Below, one piece after another: positions 36,701 to 49,734 of a stretch of 64,000 bases of DNA. The notes under the pieces were generated by a model. The model ran no database searches, was not told where the DNA came from, and saw only the letters and a program-made list of their open reading frames with translations. Numbering within the stretch: position 1 is the first letter of the stretch; each line of letters opens with the position of its first letter. Source of the stretch: Mobula hypostoma. Lineage: Eukaryota. The position numbers and the translations under genes were made by a program. Location of the stretch: positions 27,032,001 to 27,096,000 of the forward strand of contig NC_086106.1 of the NCBI RefSeq assembly GCF_963921235.1, in the 5' to 3' direction.

Positions 36701-38710
36701 ACTGCTCAATCAGAATCAGCTGCAGCAGTCTGTCATAATCCCCCTCTACCCCCTTCGAGGCGCACCAACGCTCACAATATGTTTGCATCTCGCGAGCAAA
36801 CTCCAAATACGTGCGGTCCCACCGCTTCCTCGCATTCCGGAACCTCTGCCGGTATGCCTCCGGGACCAACTCATAAATCCTGAGGATGGCCTCCTTCACC
36901 ACCTCATACTTCTGGGCATCTTCCGCGGATAAAGCGGAGTAAGCTTGTTGGGCTTTCCCTTTCAGTACACTCTGAAGTAAAACAACCCACTTATCCCTCG
37001 GCCAGTCCTGACTTATAGCTACTTTTTCGAAGTGGAGAAAGTACCGATCCACATCGGTATCGTCAAATGGGGGAACCAGCCTAACCTCCTGGGTCGCCCG
37101 GAACCCTCCACCTTGGTTCGGCACGAGCCCCTGCTCGACCCTTATCTTTAACTTCTCCAGCTCAAATTCCCTTTCCCTCTGTTTTTCCTCTCTCTCCAAT
37201 GTCTGTCCCTCTCTCTCTCTTCTCTCTCCAACTGTCTTTCTCTCTCTTGCCTTTCTACCTCTTTCTCTCTCTCTTGCCTTTCTACCTCTTTCTCTCTCTC
37301 CCGCCTTTCTAACTCTCTCTCTTTCTCCCGCCTTTCTAACTCTCTCTCTTTCTCCTGCCTTTCTAACTCTTTCTCTCTCTCCCGCCTTTCTAACTCTCTC
37401 TCTTTCTCCTGCCTTTCTAACTCTCTCTCTTTCTCCTGCCTTTCTAACTGCTTCTCTTCGTGTTCTAACTGCCGTACCCGGAACTCGTGCTCGAGTCTCA
37501 GTTTTTCAAGCTGTACCTGTACCGCGTCTCCAGCAGGTTTTTCAATAGACACCACCCCCAGCTCACCTTGGGGAAACACACCTTTAGATACATAGTGCTC
37601 TACAATAGCTCTGTGTATCTCCTCTCTCCTCATTGTCGACTTCACCTTAGCAAGATTCACCCGTTTGGCCACAGCTATCAATTCCGATTTCCTGGCATCC
37701 TCTAATGCCTCCAAGGTCGGCGCCTTTATAAATTCCTCAACCTCCATTTCTGCTGTTTGTCTTTTCTTTCTTTCGGGAATTTTAACCCAATCAATTTACT
37801 CCGTCCCAAATTTAGCGTTCAAAATCGCGGACGAGAACCCCACTTATGTTACGTACCCCGTAACTGGGTTGCCAAACCAGCAGAAATGGATCACTCAGTT
37901 GGAGTATGGAGCACTAGAACTAAGAAAGTTTTATTAAAGAAACAAGCAACACAGTAATCGAAAGGATAATAAATGCAACAATTCAACAATGATAACCACA
38001 CGTGTGCACAGAATTAAGATAACAGCATCAATCAAGCTCTATCGTTGTCTAGGGGTAAATGACCAATTTCAAAATGACTCAAAGTTCAGTCCAGTTTGTA
38101 GTTCAGTTCGCAGTAATCGTTGCCATGGCGATGGACAAGGTGGGGGAAGAGAGACAGAGATAGAATAGGAACAACTGATCATTCAGAACAGCTTCACTCA
38201 CAGACCAGCGAGATTGCTCACGAGCAACTTTTGGGCGGGTCCTTGGTGATGTCACCTGAGGTCACCGACTGTGACCCCTCCTCCAGATGCGGTCGATCCT
38301 CTGCAGTGAACCCGGCACCCAGGCAAGGGCGGACACACACCGGGTTCCCGCTGATCGTACCTTTCCACCCTTGTCGTTGTCTGGTACTTCTCACCCACTC
38401 GTGAGAAGCGCACCGCTTCCAGGGTCTCGTTACCTCGGGTGGCGTGTGTGTCTGTCTTAGCGAACCTGTCCCTTTTTATCCCCCTGCTGGGGTATCGCCT
38501 GTCCATCACTTCAAACAGTTCAGGGTTCAAAGGGGGGGAGCCGCTCCAGACAGCTCTCTCTCCCACATCCCTTCATTACACATCTCCAGACGCTGCTCCA
38601 TTGTTCCTTATCTCTCCTTCCCCTGAGGGCAGGTGGCAGGCCAACTGCTGATGCCACTGATGCTAGCCCAGGCCAGCAAACATCTTAATTTTATGTGTAT
38701 TCTCGTAACA
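33710..38710 (-). mobile_element. Young, internally deleted Gmr1-like (Gypsy) LTR retrotransposon, 5001 bp
   Basis: Two 864-bp LTRs (33710-34573, 37847-38710) with TGTTAC..GTAACA termini and about 5 substitutions by eye; TSD GTGC (33706-33709, 38711-38714); tRNA-Pro-like PBS at 37825-37842; PPT at 34574-34585. Confidence 0.95.
34746..37747 (-). CDS. Gag (coiled coil, SCAN-like, CCHC knuckle)-protease with remnant INT/RT; split into 199-aa and 817-aa frames at a GA repeat
   Basis: VPPFDDTDVDRYFLHFEK..YEVVKEAIL (SCAN-like); CYNCGKVGHFASRC; RDTGA protease motif; later MAHEVPPGGH (integrase N-terminal remnant) and NLEKNEFGHTNVTYLG..PTPTDKRALRRLLEMVGY (RT C-terminal remnant). Confidence 0.85.
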
Positions 38711-40184
38711 GTGCAACTGGGTGTTTCAGATGTTTTACCAATCTATTATAGCGATTGCAGTCCTTTTTCCGGTTCTATATTGAGGGAGCAGCATCGGAGT
38801 TAGTGATGCAAAAATACTAATAAACTAATCAGAAGAGTTTGGATCTGCTCTTGGCTATAACCAAGTCTTTTCATTTAGTGCTGGAGAGGAGGTAACTGAA
38901 CCAGCTGTTTCCATTATGGACAATCTTGCACATACTCTCCATGAACTACTGAATAAGCAGCGTAGCACTGTTTCAAACAGATTTATTCAGCATCCCTGTC
39001 ACAAGTACCGTTGCATGAAAATCTTCCCTACCAAATGCAATAAGTATATACAACATTTGATCTCTCTGCGCCAGAAGAACACACACTATAACACAACAGT
39101 CCATGTTTTATAATTTCGTACATTATTGGTGCACATTTTTGCACATTGGTAAATTATAATTTTGTTTATTATTATTCTCTGCTGGATTCTTAGTTAGTTC
39201 TGAACACTGCTAAGTGTATTTTAAGTGTAGCTGCTGTAACGAAAGAATTTCCCACTCAGGAACAATAAGTTCTTCTTCTTCTAAATATTATTGTTATTAT
39301 TATTACTACTACTACTACTACTCCTGTTACATCGGTTCCGTTACGGCGATATTCAAAAGCAATAGAAAGTAGTGTCAGTCAAGATTTACATCAGCGATTA
39401 GTTTGCCTGGATTGTTGACTTCCGTCCACAAGTCCAACTCTTCTCACAAAAGGACACATCCCGAAGTCCTGATCTGCTTTAATTTCTCGCGATGAAGATG
39501 CATGTTCTGAATAAAGATGGTTGTTCTGAATATATCCGTTGTCATGCCGAATGCACTGCATCATGTATATAAGAACTGAGTCGGAGTTCATAAAGTTTCC
39601 AAATGAACCGATGCGTGAGTGGCGGAAACTTTACCCGAAAATGGAAAAAGTATGTTTTCACGCAGAGAGTCTGACAACATCACAGAATGGATAACGCATG
39701 CAGTTGGGGATATAATCAAAGAGAAAGAAAGTTTACCGAGGATTAATTGTGGTTATTTGATGTTTGGCACTCGGCTTATCAGTAATTTCCAACAAGTGTA
39801 GCAGTGCCTAAGAGGCTGAGTATCTTCATCCATTTCCGAGTATACCCAGTCCTGTATTCGCATGATGACTGCAGTCAAGCGATTGATGCACATCAGCCCG
39901 TCATGATATGACAAATCAAAGTGTAACATTGCCTAGCACTATATAATATAGTTTATCTAATTCCCAAATGATAAAGATGCATATGGCAGAGTGGTGAAAA
40001 ATATTCCTGTACCACGTTTAGGTCATGGACTAAAAGACCATGTGGTTCAGTGACCCCAGTCGTGGATTGGGGACGTACGTTCACTTCTTTGCTCCAGCCG
40101 TCTCTTAGCCTGGAGATCGTCGTCAATTCTGTGGTTTTCCCACGCAAGTTTGTGTGTGATATTCAACATTGCAGTGATATGTTT

Positions 40185-43100
40185 TGTTACGCACCAGCAG
40201 CGATAGATATGAAATTGTGTCGGGTTTTTATGAATAATCAACGAAGTGTATGAACATCTACTCAAAAAAAAGTAAAAGTAAACAAAATACTAACTGAAAC
40301 GGAAGTTAACAGTGTTTTGCGTCTATAATTATCAAACAGTCGAACCTAGTGACAATTCTTAACAAATCTTACCCAAACACAGTCTTAAGCTGGTAGTTCA
40401 AAGAGTCCAAGTGATTTATCAAATACGTGAGAGGAGAGACTTCCTGAACTACGGATGAAGTAAAGACGAATCTGCTGACGCAAATCCCCGCCGAGAAATG
40501 CCTTGTCCAAAGAGATCACAAAAAATAAGATTTCTCACAGTAACTGACCTTTGGCCGGAGCTGGTCACCACACAACTGCCGAGACTATGCAGAGGTTAAC
40601 CAAAAGTGTATGCCACAATACCCGTATGGACCATTCTCTCTCTCTCCCCCCCCCCTTCGAATACGTAACCACCGACTGTGACTCCCCCAACAAAACAACT
40701 AAGCAGCAAACTGCCGTCTCCCCTTTTACACCGGTTGGAACATGCCATCACGTGACTCACATCACCCACTAACACGACACTTACATCATGGAAATATCAC
40801 GAGACAATTACATCATACCAATATCACGAGACAATTACCTCATGCTCACGAGATACTCACGGGACAGGTAACCCCTCCCCTCAAGAAAAGAAAATATTGA
40901 TCTGTGAAAAGCAAGATTTTAACTACAATTTACAAAATATACAAATGCATAAAGTTTACAAAATGCACGATAGACACACAGTTATCATACAGTAGTAATA
41001 TAACATGGCAGGAGTGTACACAAAGATCAAAATTCCACACTATTATAAAATGGCATTGCAAGTCCAACATCTGGTCAGATCGTCGGCAATTACAATATCT
41101 TTGCCTTTAATGTGAGTTATTGAGAGATCATATTCTTGTAAAGTAAACTAAAATTTAGCAACATACATTTTAGTTTTTCAGTTTACTCAAAAATACCAAT
41201 GAGTTATGATCGGTGTAAACCACTAGTGGTTTCTGAGTTGCGCCAACTTACACATCAAAATTTTTCAGAGCTAAAATAAGTGATAATAATTCCTCTTCCA
41301 TCGCCGAATAATTTCTTTGATGCCCATTAAATTTCTTAGAAAAGTAAGCCACGGGATGGTCAACATCATCATAATTATCCCTTTGTAGTAACACTGCTCC
41401 TGCAGCCTCGTCACTGGCATCCACAGCTAGGGAAAATGGCTTTTCAAAGTCAGGTGACCTGAGCAGAGGGTGGTGACATAGGATAACTTTCAACTTATCA
41501 AAGACCTCCTGACAAGGCTTTTTCCAAACACACTTCTCACTTTTCTTCAGGAGGTTAGTTAATGGAAGGGCAATCTCGGCATTTTTTTTACATAACTTAC
41601 GGTAATATCCTACAATTCCCAAGAATCTTCTGAGAGTTTTTTTACCAGTTGAGGTGGGAACCTTCAAAATTGCCTGAACTTTTAAACAGGAGCCAACCTG
41701 CCTTCACCCACAACGTAACCAAGGTAGGTCACAGTAGCATGGCCAAATTCCCTTTTAGCTAAGTTAATAGTTAGGTTGGTTTGTGAAAGCCTTTCAAACA
41801 GCTGTCCCACTGCAGATATATGTAATTGCCAACTGTTATTCCCTGTGACTAAATCATCAATACAGGCATCTGTATGTTTTAATACTTGAATTGCACAATA
41901 AATCATTTTCTGGAAGGTTCCTGGAGAATTCTTCCTTCCAAATGGCAGGACATTGTATTCATATAACCCAGATAGCGTTACAAATGCAGAAATATATGTC
42001 AAGGAACACACCAATATCCTTTGAACAGGCCGATCTCGTAGGAAACTTAGATTTTCCAACGTTATCCACAAAGTAATCTACCCTTGGGATGGATACGCAT
42101 CGGTTTTTGTTGCAGCATTCACCTTTCTGTGATCAGTACAAAACCGAATACAACCTTCTCGTTTAGGCAGCTAGACACAAGGTGAACTCCAATCCGAAGC
42201 AGAAGGTCGAATAATAACATTTTCTAACATATATTCTGTTTCCTGTTCAGTGATTCTACATTTTTCCATGTCCATTGAAAATGGAAGTTGCTTTATGGAT
42301 TTGACGTTCCCAACATCTACATCATGTGAGACGACTGTGATTGTTTTTGGAACGTCTGGAAATAATTCCCTAAATTTGATAATTAACTGCTTCATTTGCT
42401 TCCGCTACTGTGGCTGTAGATGAGCCAATTTCTTATCAATATTTTCCAAAATTGTCGAATTTGGTAGTCTGGCGGAAATAATCTTCGTTTTAAAATAAGC
42501 CTCAGATGGATCAGCTACCAAGTTCCAAGGCAGATCAGAATCATTGTCATTGACTACAACAATCATAGCGGCGAACTGTATTTCATAATATGGTTTTATC
42601 ATGTTTACCTGAGAAAGCAGCGTGGGCCTCCTCGATTTGGTGTTTGTACCGCATAGACCGCATTATTACCTTAAGATATTATCTCGTAAGGACATTGAAA
42701 TTTAGCTTTTATGGGTTTGTTTGCACAGGGAAAAAAAGAACACCTTATTTCCCGACTAGAATGACCTCGTTCTAGCTTCCTCGTCATACCAACTTTTCAT
42801 TCTTTCTTGGGCAGATTATAAATTTTCCCATACTGAGCTGCAAGCTTTTTCCAATCTTTCTTTAAATTTCAAGACATAATCCCACAAATTAGTATGGCGT
42901 TCTTTGTGAACACACTGTTCTTTTAACAATGCCAAAGGTCCTCGGACTCAATGCCCAAACACAAGTTCAAAGGGGCTAAAGCCTAGGGACTACTGTACTA
43001 ACTGTCTAACTGCAAATAAAAGCAAATGAACTACCGCATCCAAATAATTGTCATTTTCGACACAGAACATCCTAATCAATGCTTTGAGGATAGAATGACA

Positions 43101-44520
43101 CCTTTCCAAGGCCCCCTGTGATTCTGAATGGTACGCAGACGATATAATCTGCTTGTCTCCCAGGTTATAAAGTACTTGCTGGAATAATCGCGGCATAAAA
43201 TTACTTCCTTGATCAGACGAGATTTCTTTGGGGAACCCAAATAAAATAAAGATCTTCATAAGAGCCTTCGTCACCGTTTTACCTTTTATATTCCTGAGAG
43301 CTATTGCTTCTGCAAACCCAGATGCTGTACATATGATGGTCAGCAAATCTTGATGTCCAGCTTTAGTTTTTGGCAATAGGCCAACACAATCTGCTCTAAC
43401 TTTAGAAAACAATTCACTAAATGCAGGAATATGTTGCAATTGTGCTATTGGGTTGTCTTGATTAGGTACATCCACAACCTGATAAGTGTGACAAGTTCGG
43501 CAAAATGTCGCCACATCTATACTCAAACCAGTCCAGAAGAAGGGTTTCATGACTTTGTTCACAGTTTTTTTTCACACCGAGATGGCCACCTAAGGGCATA
43601 CTATGAGCCAAAGTTAACATTTCATTCCTACAGACCTGAGGGTCGACGACCTGGTGAACAGCTGCCCAATCCTCATTTTCAGGAATCTCAGGTGGTTTCC
43701 ACTTTCTAATTAACACTACACTCTTGGAATAGAACCCTACTGTCACCTTTTAAATCTCGCTATCTAGGAGAGCGTTCTCTCTCAAGGTGACAACCTCAGG
43801 ATCTCCGCTCTGCTCCACTATAATCTCCTTCTCAGAAATAGACAAGTGCTAATGGTCCGACTCACTACAAGAATCTTGATCAAACAAGGAAGGTAGGAAA
43901 GCTCCTGACGAATCACCAAAATCTGAGACACCGATTTGAGCTGTCATGGGTAGTAGACCCATGCTGCACAGAACCATCTGCCTTGGCAGAATATCTCGGC
44001 ATACCCTGGGTTACTACACAGGAGAGATACATGTCAGCCTCCATCTTTGGATCATCAGTGATTGGCTTACTTGTCAGCTGCACTGCAGGAACAGCCTTTC
44101 CATCTGCTAGCTCATTCCCTAACAATAAAGACCGGTAAACCGTGTCGTAGTCCGATTTTAACAGATCCTGAAACTAGCCCTGACATTAAAACTACTTTGT
44201 GCAGAGGTGTAGGCGTAAGGTTAGCCTCAATACCTGGTATAAAATTTACTTCACCAATGTCAGTCTCATCACTAAACCCTAGAACACTGTCGAACATAAG
44301 TAACAAAGAAGCCCCAGTATCACGAACAATTTTTATTGGTATTTGAGTGGACGCATCATTCAGGGAAACAAATCCCTCTGACATAAAATGATCGAATCCC
44401 TTCCTAACTCGGTCAGACCGTGTCAGAGCTTCCTTTGAATGTCCAAAACCCTGCGGGATTATGTTATTTCAAAGTGTTGGACACAGGCATCTGGAGCTGA
44501 TGCATTTGCCTTCTCACTAC
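40185..44520 (-). mobile_element. Old decayed Gmr1-like LTR element (3' LTR ~40185-40873; PR-INT-RT-RNaseH order)
   Basis: Minus-strand fragments in order: RDTGASLL (~44300), LAHSMPLGGHLG/ISSDQGSNF integrase (43746-42990), RT (42395-41682), RNase H DASDEAAGAVLLQ (41667-41248). Confidence 0.85.
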
Positions 44521-45089
44521 TGAATCAACCTGCAAGTGGGCTTCACGGCACCGTGCGCGAAGGCTCCCATGTCCAGTTCCATCTCCGATTTTTGAATTTT
44601 CTTCCTATTTAGAAAGTGCATACCATACACTTCCTGACTCTGTATTCCATTTACCACCTCTATGCTCATTCTCCAAATCTGCCTCAGTCCTCCTGTAGTC
44701 TTCCTACTTCCTCAATACTAACTGCTCTCCAACCTCCTTTGTAGCATCGGCAATACTGGCTTAGCGCTTTCCTCGCGCCTTGTTGGCCTAGCCTTTACTG
44801 GTTTTCCATTATCCTGTCCAGTTCTTATTAAAAGTCGGGGAACGGTTCATCCACTTCAGGGACTTCCCTCTTTACTTGAGCCATTACCGCCGTTTGCCTC
44901 CCTTCACTTCTTACCATCACACATAGACACATACGTCCATAAACGAACCTTTCTGCTAATACTGAGTTAGAACACCCAGGTTTCACGGACAGTGTGGTGG
45001 TACCCTTTCTTTTGACCTTGTTCTGTTCTACGTCACCCGTTCACCTCCCTACAGCATCTTATGTGGTCAGGGGAGCGGGTGGCGGGTGG

Positions 45090-45400
45090 CGGGTTACTGT
45101 AGATATCTCACTCACATCACCGACCTCTGTCCCTGCTCATCATTATGGCCATCTTCCAATAATCGGCATCCAACTCCGAACGACTCTCAATATCTGGACT
45201 GCACTCTGCTCGTTAACACCAAAAGGAATTTGCGTTCAAAGCTCCACGTCCACGCTCCGCGATTCGGAAACAGATTCCATCCCTCCTCCATCAGATTTCT
45301 GAACGGTCCATGAAACAGTAAAGTATGACTGCGCTTTTCGTTTTCTGCGCCGATTATTTGTCTTATCCTCCATTGCAATTTTGCATTCTGGCACTTCAAT
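45090..45400 (+). mobile_element. Degenerate Rex-Babar-like LINE 3' end
   Basis: ...PRFGNRFHPSSIRFLNGP tail motif. Confidence 0.5.
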
Positions 45401-45839
45401 CTTGTTACACGGGAACAAAGGTCCCGTCATACAAGACGAATAATGTTTGTTCCTCTTACCTCCCGTTAATTGCATTTGCTGCTGAGTAGCTTAGTGTACA
45501 CCGATGGAGCCTTTAATGACAACGGCTAAGTTATTTAATAGATAACAAGCCAGATTAAATAACTACCACTTCTGTAAGTAGTGCACTGGGAACGGACAGA
45601 TTTCTTACAGTCAAGGTCATCAAATAAATTGGCTTTCTGTTCACAATAATGGATTATGAAGGATACAAGCAATGGCAATATCATGGATTTAGCAACACGT
45701 AGGCTGTCAAAGAAACGGGAACGGCTATGGTGAGATCTTCGAAACGAATTACAGCGTTTTCAGATTTTAAGCTGAAGAAGTGACAATTAATAAGTGATTT
45801 TAGGCTGCAAGCAGGACAAGTGTCACACCTGCCCCAACC

Positions 45840-46730
45840 CTTCGCTTCTGCTACATTTCAGTGCCCCAAACAGTCTTTCCAGGTGAGGTGATACATCAGC
45901 TGTTAGTCTGCTTGGGTCATCACTGTATCCGATGCTCCCGGTGCGCCCTCCTGCATATCGGTGTGACACAACCGCTTCGCCAATCACCTACTCTCCACCA
46001 CAAAAAGTGGGATATCCAGGTGGCCATCCATTTCAAATCTATTTCCCATTCCTACTCCGACATGTCAGTCCATGGTCTCCTCTACTGCCGCGATCAGGCC
46101 GCACTCAGGTTGTTGGAGCAACACATTATATTTCGGCTGGGTAGCCTCCAAACTGATGGCATGAGCATTGATTTTTCAACTTTCCGGTAGTTGCCCCCAC
46201 CCCCGCTCTTCACCGTTCCTCATTCCAATTTCCCTCTCTCACCTGATCTCTTGCATGCCCGTCACTTCCATTTGTTGCTCCACCTCGTTCCTTTTAACCA
46301 TATAACCATATCACAATTACAGCACGAAAACAAGCCATCAGGGCCCTTCTAGTCCGTGCCGAACTCTTACTCCCACCTAGTCCTACCGACCTACACTCAG
46401 CCCATAACCCTTCATTCTTGTCCTGACCATATGGCTGTCCAATTTAACTTTCAGCAAAAGTTTTCAATAGTTTTTCGTCCTCTCCCATAAGATTCCCCCT
46501 TCTTCAGTCCTTTATATTTCATCAATCGAATTTCTAACTCTTTGCTGCAACCTCCCCCTCTCCAGGTCCCCCCAACCACCGACTACCTTGTACTTCATCT
46601 TCTCCTCTCTCCACCTTCCTACACCGACTTTTAATCTTTTTAATAGACTGATAATGGGTCTCGGCCTGGAACGCCGACTATTTCCTCTTTTCCACAGATG
46701 CTAACTGGCTTTCCGTGTTCCTCCAACATT
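45840..46730 (+). mobile_element. Penelope-like element 3' part (GIY-YIG remnant and tail)
   Basis: CIRCSRCALLHIG...EQHIIFRLGSLQTDGMSIDFSTFR, a CT-rich tract, and a 'gggtctcggcctggaacgccgac' tail. Confidence 0.75.
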
Positions 46731-47003
46731 TCAGAAGCACATGGTGCATAAGTGATAAGAGAGTTTCAGGAATTTTCCGCGCGGAATGAAGAAAATAGGT
46801 CGACTATAATGAGGCCAGAATGTAATTTCTATGCACTACGCTAATGAGGGATCATATGGAATAGGAAAGTCTCTGTTTTGGTTTTGCTATTTTTTAATAT
46901 ATGGAATACTAATCGTTTTATCCAAAGCTGTTTTCTTACCCAAAGTTCCCACAGTCACTGTCGTTGGATTTCCGCCATCATGGTTCTGAAAAACAAGTTT
47001 ACT

Positions 47004-47610
47004 TTACTTCACTGAAGATCCATTTCGAGTGAAAAGGTATTTGATCACGTGGAACAGATCTTCCCTGAATTTTCTCTGCGTCACGGTGTAAATGACCGTG
47101 TTTGAGCAGCAGCTGAGCATCTGAAGCATAATCGCAGATTGTTCAAAACTTACAAACTCGCTTATGCAAGTTTCAGACAAAAAATGCTGTATTCGTGCGA
47201 GGGAAACGAAAATATGCAAGACTTGTGGCCCAGAGCAGAAGAAAACTGCTGTATATTGCATGAAACAAAATAAAGGGCCTCCTACGTTTCTCCGTCTCGG
47301 GAGCCCTGCAGTCCCGGAGGGTTCTGCGGATCCGATTGGCTACCAAAATGCGTCGGACGGTGAGCGCATTGAGCAATGCAATTAAACAGAATGGAACGAC
47401 TGGAGTTAACAGCTGATCTGTCGAAGAAAATGCAAGCCATGCTAGTTGAAAATTTAATGCCGACAACAGAAGGCAAGCCCGAGAAATATTTTGGGTAGTT
47501 ATAAAACCAGTGTAAGCAAAAGCCCAAGGAATGTTCTTAAAACAAAAGATCACGCTCAGTGTCAGAACAACCACAACCGCTGTTCTCTCGCTGCACTATT
47601 AATTGATGTA
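47004..47610 (-). pseudogene. GPR139/GPR142-like class A GPCR fragment (TM4-TM7), frameshifted
   Basis: RTAVVVVLTLSVIFCFKNIPW...LLTPVVPFCLIALLNALTVRRILVANRIRR...LFHAIYSSFLLLW, then after a frameshift MLQMLSCCSNTVIYTVTQRKFRE; TM1-3 not found. Confidence 0.75.
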
Positions 47611-48959
47611 ACGTATCCCTGACCTCTTGTATCCCAGTGCCCGAGTATAACTCAAAACTCAATTCCTGCAATCGCTTTCTATACTATTATCAAAACACCA
47701 AAAGCAAAGATTCGGTTTTATTGCAATGACTGAGTTTGTGTAAATTCTGGGAAGCTACCTTTGATATGGAATCCGATGTGCTAGCATGAGAATCAATCTG
47801 AGACTCAGGTTCAATACGTCGGGAAATTAGATTTTGTGTTGATTCGGAAGGCATGTATGGCATCGACTGCATGTGGAAAGTTAAAATTGCCCACGTTCAC
47901 AACTATTGTTTTGCAAATATCTGGTCTCTCTCAACAAATTCGCTACTCTATATCTTGTCGACTAACTCTAGTAATGTAATCAGCCATCTCCTAATCCTCT
48001 GTTACACCGTATAGCTATAGTAGATAAGCCAGCCTGTCTGTCCTGTCTGAGCATTGCAAAGCATTTCGCTCAATGTCACCCTTACACTGAGGTACTTTGC
48101 CTCTGTCAAGTGTTAAACGAACGGAAAGCCGGAACACTGAGCTTCCTGTCCGGCCCCTGCTGCAACAGGTGTCACTAATGGCTTAAATATCACAATTCAT
48201 GCTCGAAGCTCATCTGCCTTACCTTCAATACTTTGCTTTAATAGGCACAACCCTGAACATTCGTCCCGCAATGCTCGAAAAGGCAGGGGAGAGTCTGGAG
48301 ATGGAGAGAGGCCTCAACTATTCAGAAGGCTCTCTTGTTCTCTTATTTTTCACCTTCTTGCAAGTCGGGCAGTTTCTATGCTGCCATGTATTCTGAAATC
48401 CGCCCCTCTCCATGGGTCGGATCTGAGCTCTTCTGGCAGGGAGCTGCTTGAGCTCACCGCAATCCGTCCGAACGCCAAACAGAAACTGCACTAACCAGTA
48501 AGGGATTTTGCTACAGGGCCTGTGGTTGAGTGGGTCAAGAAAAATCCAGGTAAATTTGAAATTAAAAAAAAACATCGTAACTTAGCAGGCAGAAGAGCTT
48601 CTGGTGAGAGAGAAATAGAATTAATATTTCAGAGCCTCCATCAGAACCAGGACAGGTGGCGCACTCTCCAATCCCATCCTTTCTTCCTCTCTCTTTCTTT
48701 CTCTCTCTCTCTCCCACTCTCTCTGTCATTAACCTCTGTTTCCAAACTCCCCCTTTCTTACCCTCCCTAACATATTTTCACCAACCTCCCCTTTCCTCCC
48801 TTCACCACTCTCAACTACACTCTTCCTCTTTCACACCGTCCCTCTATTTCTGCCATTCCCTTCTCTCATTCAACATTCTCTCTTTCACCTTCTTTTCACT
48901 CTGACCTTCAACCCCCCATATGTTCCGATTGCTGTCTGTGCTCCAAACCTATTCTGGTA

Positions 48960-49288
48960 CTGCTCCCCAACATTTCCTTCGGTACATTGACGATTAGATT
49001 GGTGCTGCTTCCTGCACCCATGCTGAGCTCGTCAATTTCATCGACTTTACTTCAAGCTTCCACCCAGCCCTCAAACTCACTTGCTCTATCTCGGACACTT
49101 CTCTCCCCTTTCTCGATATCTCGGTCTCCATCTCTGGAGACAGACTGCACACTGACATCTTCTACAAGACCACTGACTCTCATAACTACCTCGACTATAC
49201 CTCTTCCCTCCCCACGACAAGCAAAAAATACAAGTCCCTACTTCCAGTTCCTCCGTCTCCGCCGCATCTGCTCCGAGGATGTGGTTCA
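48960..49288 (+). mobile_element. Penelope-like RT fragment
   Basis: FLRYIDD...GAASCTHAELVNFIDF...SLPFLDISVSISGDRL.TDIFYK...FQFLRLRRICS. Confidence 0.8.
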
Positions 49289-49734
49289 CTAGCAAATCTT
49301 CAGAATAGGATATTTCTCCCTTTCTAATTTAATTGCAAACTGTCTGCTCTATAGAGGACGCACCTCCCCTGGAAGAGAGCCGAATAATCCAAAACTCTCA
49401 CGTATTCCTTCATAGACCAACTCCGTATTTAAGTGTATCATTTTCCAACTTCTGGCCTCACGAGGACGTGGCACAGGGAACAATGCTGAGATCACAGCTC
49501 TGGAGATCCTATACTTTAGCGTAGCATCCAAATCCTTCAGATCACTGTAGAACCTGGTGAGTCTGACTATTAATGTCACTGTTACTTTCGTGGGCCACGA
49601 CATCTGGCTGTTCAAACACCCATCTGAAATTCTGAAAACTCGATTCGGGAAGTCTTGGACACCGGCACTGTGAATCAACAGTTCCGTGCGAGCAGCACTT
49701 GCTGGTAACACAAAGCTTGCAGCAGCAGTTCAAG

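Larger units (their letters stand above)
20273..49000 (+). repeat. Segmental duplication unit 2 (cassette 2 plus later insertions)
   Basis: Begins inside the 3' end of the Rex-Babar copy homologous to 7670-8045. 31215-32700 matches 57260-58980, and 39000-42030 matches 58980-62185. Right boundary uncertain. Confidence 0.7.

Noticed and set aside
37200-37470. Regular ~21-nt tandem repeats resembling a CRISPR or satellite array
   Set aside because: They are coding E/R/K coiled-coil repeats inside the retrotransposon gag, with no unique spacers, in a vertebrate context.
39400-40150. Duplicated segment (also ~59400-60230) with a minus-strand 'MC(I/F)NRLTAV' motif suggesting a 7TM remnant
   Set aside because: Only one short motif, many stops, and no consistent transmembrane pattern; cannot be supported without a search.
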